Shown one piece after another: positions 63,001 through 64,000 of a DNA stretch of 64,000 bases (position 1 is the stretch's first letter; each line of letters starts with the position of its first letter). This stretch comes from Schmidtea nova (Eukaryota): positions 29,698,001 to 29,762,000 of the forward strand of contig CM097884.1 in assembly GCA_044892505.1 (NCBI GenBank), given 5' to 3'. A model generated the notes under the pieces. That model searched no databases and was not told where the DNA came from. It was given only the letters and a program-made list of their open reading frames with translations. The position numbers and the translations under genes are program-made.

Positions 63001-63848
63001 GTGAATCATTCAAAGATAGTGAAATTGTAGAAGTTTCTTTCGAAAAACTCAAAGACACAGTTGACTTTAGCGGTAGTGTAGAAAGTAAAATGATTGAAGT
63101 AGGAACAGAAACTTTCGGAGAAAAGCATAATGTATTCATCGATACGCTTACAAGTCATGAAGCTGAAATTAAATTCGAAGAAACTTTGACTGAGTTCATG
63201 TATGAGACGGTAAATAGTGAAAGCAGTTTTGAATGCAAATCAGTTGAAGAAAGCTGGAGTCAAGTTGGTGCAAAGGCAGTTGAAGTTGGTTCAGAATTCA
63301 GAAGCGTGATTGTAGAATGTTCAAGTGAATATACAATTAGTATGAGAGAAAGTCAGGTAGACCAAGTAATAGAAACTGAAGAAGTCGGTGTAATGACAGT
63401 AGGATTGATAGTGATAGATGAGTCATCGGTGTTTGAATTGAGGTGCTGCACAGTTGAATGTGAAACTGTAGAAATCGTAGAAGAAATAATTCCTTTAGAG
63501 GCAAAGGAAGAGGAATCAGAAAGATTGTTAATTGAGAATGAAAGTGTAAGCTGGGAGATTCCAATGTTAGATATTGCTACTACAACAGTTAAGCCGACAT
63601 TAGAAGATATTAGCACAGAAAATGTAATTGAGCATGTTGAATATAGTGGTGAATGGTGCCGAGAAATTAAGCATGAAAATGAAATGTTTGAAACAGAGAA
63701 ATCAGTTTACTCAACAACGATCATATCATCAGATGAAGACATTAAATATTGCTCAGTTGAAATACAATTCGAAGAAACAAAGTCTCGCAACATAGAATCT
63801 GGCTACGAAATCAAGTCAACAATGAAAGAATGTTACAGCGAAACAGAG
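2..63848 (+). CDS. Internal fragment of a giant multi-exon gene: spliced tandem-repeat acidic (Glu/Ser/Thr/Val/Ile-rich) protein, at least 53 x 324 aa
   Basis: Each open frame starts immediately after an in-frame TAG that is part of TTTTCTTGTGTTTAG (acceptor). Acidic coding composition stops at GAG|GTAAAT (donor). Exon is 972 bp = 324 codons, phase 0-0, and joining gives ...CYSETE|IKSENIATETG... in frame. No stops or indels in any exon. Confidence 0.82.
53..284 (+). other. Phase-0 GT-AG intron, A type (232 bp)
   Basis: GTAAAT...TTTTCTTGTGTTTAG; about 79% AT by manual count of the next copy, versus roughly 65% AT in sampled exon lines. Confidence 0.8.
285..1256 (+). CDS. Repeat exon 1 (324 aa, type A)
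   Basis: AG|ATTAAA to GAG|GT; frame open throughout. Confidence 0.8.
1254..1262 (+). promoter_or_regulatory. 5' splice donor GAG|GTAAAT (repeated in each unit)
   Basis: Matches the AG|GTAA consensus and coincides with the composition switch; unchanged in the copies inspected. Confidence 0.8.
1257..1488 (+). other. Phase-0 intron, A type (representative; one follows every exon)
   Basis: GT...AG, 232 bp, T-rich 3' end. Confidence 0.8.
1470..1490 (+). promoter_or_regulatory. Polypyrimidine tract and 3' splice acceptor TTTTCTTGTGTTTAG|AT (repeated in each unit)
   Basis: Y-rich tract ending in TAG; the TAG is an in-frame stop directly before the open frame; candidate branch A in GTCAT at 1461. 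Confidence 0.78.
1489..2460 (+). CDS. Repeat exon 2 (A)
   Basis: Same boundaries; TEKV allele. Confidence 0.8.
2693..3664 (+). CDS. Repeat exon 3 (A)
   Basis: TED, ITT and TEKV alleles. Confidence 0.8.
3897..4868 (+). CDS. Repeat exon 4 (A)
   Basis: Consensus A exon. Confidence 0.8.
5101..6072 (+). CDS. Repeat exon 5 (A)
   Basis: Like exon 3 plus S>L. Confidence 0.8.
6305..7276 (+). CDS. Repeat exon 6 (A)
   Basis: Consensus A exon. Confidence 0.8.
7509..8480 (+). CDS. Repeat exon 7 (A)
   Basis: Consensus A exon. Confidence 0.8.
8713..9684 (+). CDS. Repeat exon 8 (A)
   Basis: TEKV allele. Confidence 0.8.
9917..10888 (+). CDS. Repeat exon 9 (A)
   Basis: Private F>L and I>S. Confidence 0.8.
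11121..12092 (+). CDS. Repeat exon 10 (A)
   Basis: EISF and TEKV alleles. Confidence 0.8.
12325..13296 (+). CDS. Repeat exon 11 (A)
   Basis: IDKL allele. Confidence 0.8.
13529..14500 (+). CDS. Repeat exon 12 (A)
   Basis: IDKL allele; same peptide as exon 11. Confidence 0.8.
14733..15704 (+). CDS. Repeat exon 13 (A)
   Basis: Private G>S. Confidence 0.8.
15937..16908 (+). CDS. Repeat exon 14 (A)
   Basis: Consensus peptide; synonymous TAC>TAT. Confidence 0.8.
17141..18112 (+). CDS. Repeat exon 15 (A)
   Basis: EISF; private T>K. Confidence 0.8.
18345..19316 (+). CDS. Repeat exon 16 (A)
   Basis: EISF allele. Confidence 0.8.
19549..20520 (+). CDS. Repeat exon 17 (A)
   Basis: Private C>S and a synonymous CCG. 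Confidence 0.8.
20753..21724 (+). CDS. Repeat exon 18 (A)
   Basis: EISF; private M>R. Confidence 0.8.
21957..22928 (+). CDS. Repeat exon 19 (last pure A)
   Basis: EISF allele. Confidence 0.8.
23161..24132 (+). CDS. Repeat exon 20 (A/B chimera)
   Basis: A-type DTADFGSS followed by B-type alleles; private D>G and Q>H. Confidence 0.8.
24364..25335 (+). CDS. Repeat exon 21 (B, most divergent)
   Basis: Five private missense changes. Confidence 0.8.
25567..26538 (+). CDS. Repeat exon 22 (B)
   Basis: MYE allele. Confidence 0.8.
26539..26770 (+). other. Phase-0 intron, B type (representative)
   Basis: GTAAAT...TTTAG, 232 bp, diverged central core. Confidence 0.8.
26771..27742 (+). CDS. Repeat exon 23 (B)
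   Basis: VRL allele. Confidence 0.8.
27975..28946 (+). CDS. Repeat exon 24 (B)
   Basis: VRL; private V>L. Confidence 0.8.
29179..30150 (+). CDS. Repeat exon 25 (B)
   Basis: VRL allele. Confidence 0.8.
30383..31354 (+). CDS. Repeat exon 26 (B)
   Basis: VGL allele. Confidence 0.8.
31587..32558 (+). CDS. Repeat exon 27 (B with A-type patch)
   Basis: VRL; carries SIEETW. Confidence 0.8.
32791..33762 (+). CDS. Repeat exon 28 (B)
   Basis: VGL allele. Confidence 0.8.
33995..34966 (+). CDS. Repeat exon 29 (B)
   Basis: VRL allele. Confidence 0.8.
35199..36170 (+). CDS. Repeat exon 30 (B)
   Basis: VGL allele. Confidence 0.8.
36403..37374 (+). CDS. Repeat exon 31 (B)
   Basis: VGL allele. Confidence 0.8.
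37607..38578 (+). CDS. Repeat exon 32 (B)
   Basis: VRL; synonymous GTG>GTT. Confidence 0.8.
38811..39782 (+). CDS. Repeat exon 33 (B)
   Basis: VGL allele. Confidence 0.8.
40015..40986 (+). CDS. Repeat exon 34 (B)
   Basis: VRL; synonymous GTT. Confidence 0.8.
41219..42190 (+). CDS. Repeat exon 35 (B)
   Basis: VGL allele. Confidence 0.8.
42423..43394 (+). CDS. Repeat exon 36 (B)
   Basis: VRL; synonymous GTT; private K>M. Confidence 0.8.
43626..44597 (+). CDS. Repeat exon 37 (B)
   Basis: Y/V/N haplotype; private P>L. Confidence 0.8.
44829..45800 (+). CDS. Repeat exon 38 (B)
   Basis: MRE allele; private P>L. Confidence 0.8.
46032..47003 (+). CDS. Repeat exon 39 (B)
   Basis: Y/V/N haplotype. 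Confidence 0.8.
47235..48206 (+). CDS. Repeat exon 40 (B)
   Basis: QVI allele. Confidence 0.8.
48439..49410 (+). CDS. Repeat exon 41 (B)
   Basis: B consensus. Confidence 0.8.
49642..50613 (+). CDS. Repeat exon 42 (B)
   Basis: G/Y/V haplotype. Confidence 0.8.
50845..51816 (+). CDS. Repeat exon 43 (B)
   Basis: Y/V/N haplotype; private E>K. Confidence 0.8.
52048..53019 (+). CDS. Repeat exon 44 (B)
   Basis: IDML allele. Confidence 0.8.
53251..54222 (+). CDS. Repeat exon 45 (B)
   Basis: IDML allele. Confidence 0.8.
54454..55425 (+). CDS. Repeat exon 46 (B)
   Basis: IDML; private A>S and T>I. Confidence 0.8.
55657..56628 (+). CDS. Repeat exon 47 (B)
   Basis: MHE allele. Confidence 0.8.
56860..57831 (+). 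CDS. Repeat exon 48 (B)
   Basis: H/D/M haplotype; private E>D. Confidence 0.8.
58064..59035 (+). CDS. Repeat exon 49 (B)
   Basis: G/Y/V haplotype. Confidence 0.8.
59267..60238 (+). CDS. Repeat exon 50 (B)
   Basis: H/D/M haplotype. Confidence 0.8.
60470..61441 (+). CDS. Repeat exon 51 (B)
   Basis: H/D/M haplotype. Confidence 0.8.
61674..62645 (+). CDS. Repeat exon 52 (B)
   Basis: G/Y/V haplotype. Confidence 0.8.
62877..63848 (+). CDS. Repeat exon 53 (B)
   Basis: Y/V/N haplotype; donor GT at 63849, and the intron runs off the window. Confidence 0.8.
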
Positions 63849-64000
63849 GTAAATAAAATAAATTCATTTTTACAAATAATGTCACTTATTCACTGCCAAA
63901 AATCTATCATGATGTCTTTAAAGATAAATACTGTTTTGAAACCTTTATCATAATATTTAATTTTTTAATCATATTTAATCATTGTTTATTTATTAACCTC

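Larger units (their letters stand above)
1..64000 (+). repeat. Tandem array of a 1204/1203-bp exon+intron unit (53 complete copies, open at both window ends)
   Basis: The identical ORF recurs every 1204 or 1203 bp from 327 to 62919; copies differ only by scattered SNPs and one T-run length. Confidence 0.99.
24364..64000 (+). repeat. Subfamily B block (units 21-53)
   Basis: Diagnostic alleles DTVDFSGS, xETV, SVEESW, IET, V(G/R)LIV, KSVY, TIISS; intron core TATTTAATTTTTTAATC; units 1204 or 1203 bp. Confidence 0.95.

Noticed and set aside
1-64000. CRISPR array, rDNA/5S/tRNA/snRNA cluster, or transposon array
   Set aside because: No variable spacers, no RNA-gene motifs, and no transposase/RT motifs, terminal repeats or target-site duplications seen.
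1-64000. Non-coding satellite DNA
   Set aside because: 81% of each unit is a stop-free frame bounded by splice signals, with indels only outside it. A recently dead gene-derived satellite cannot be fully excluded without expression data.
1-64000. Pure assembly artefact (duplicated reads)
   Set aside because: Variants form consistent linked haplotypes, zones and higher-order periods rather than random errors. Exact copy number and order still need read support.

Overview
The whole window is one eukaryotic, AT-rich, head-to-tail tandem array of a 1204/1203-bp unit: 53 complete copies plus partial copies at both edges, so it continues beyond the window. The ORF track reads each unit as a separate 344-aa gene, but the sequence fits an exon-intron unit better. 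Each unit has a 972-bp exon (324 codons, starting right after TTGTGTTTAG and ending at GAG|GTAAAT) and a 232/231-bp T-rich GT-AG intron in phase 0. Spliced, the window encodes an uninterrupted fragment of at least 17,172 aa (about 1.9 MDa) of a giant, very acidic, proline-poor repeat protein that I cannot assign to a known family. The gene's start and end are outside the window. The array has two homogenised subfamilies, A (units 1-19) and B (units 21-53), joined by a chimeric unit 20. It also shows higher-order repeats, a probable conversion tract and templated mutations. The splicing model is inferred from sequence only and needs transcript evidence. All counts are manual tallies.
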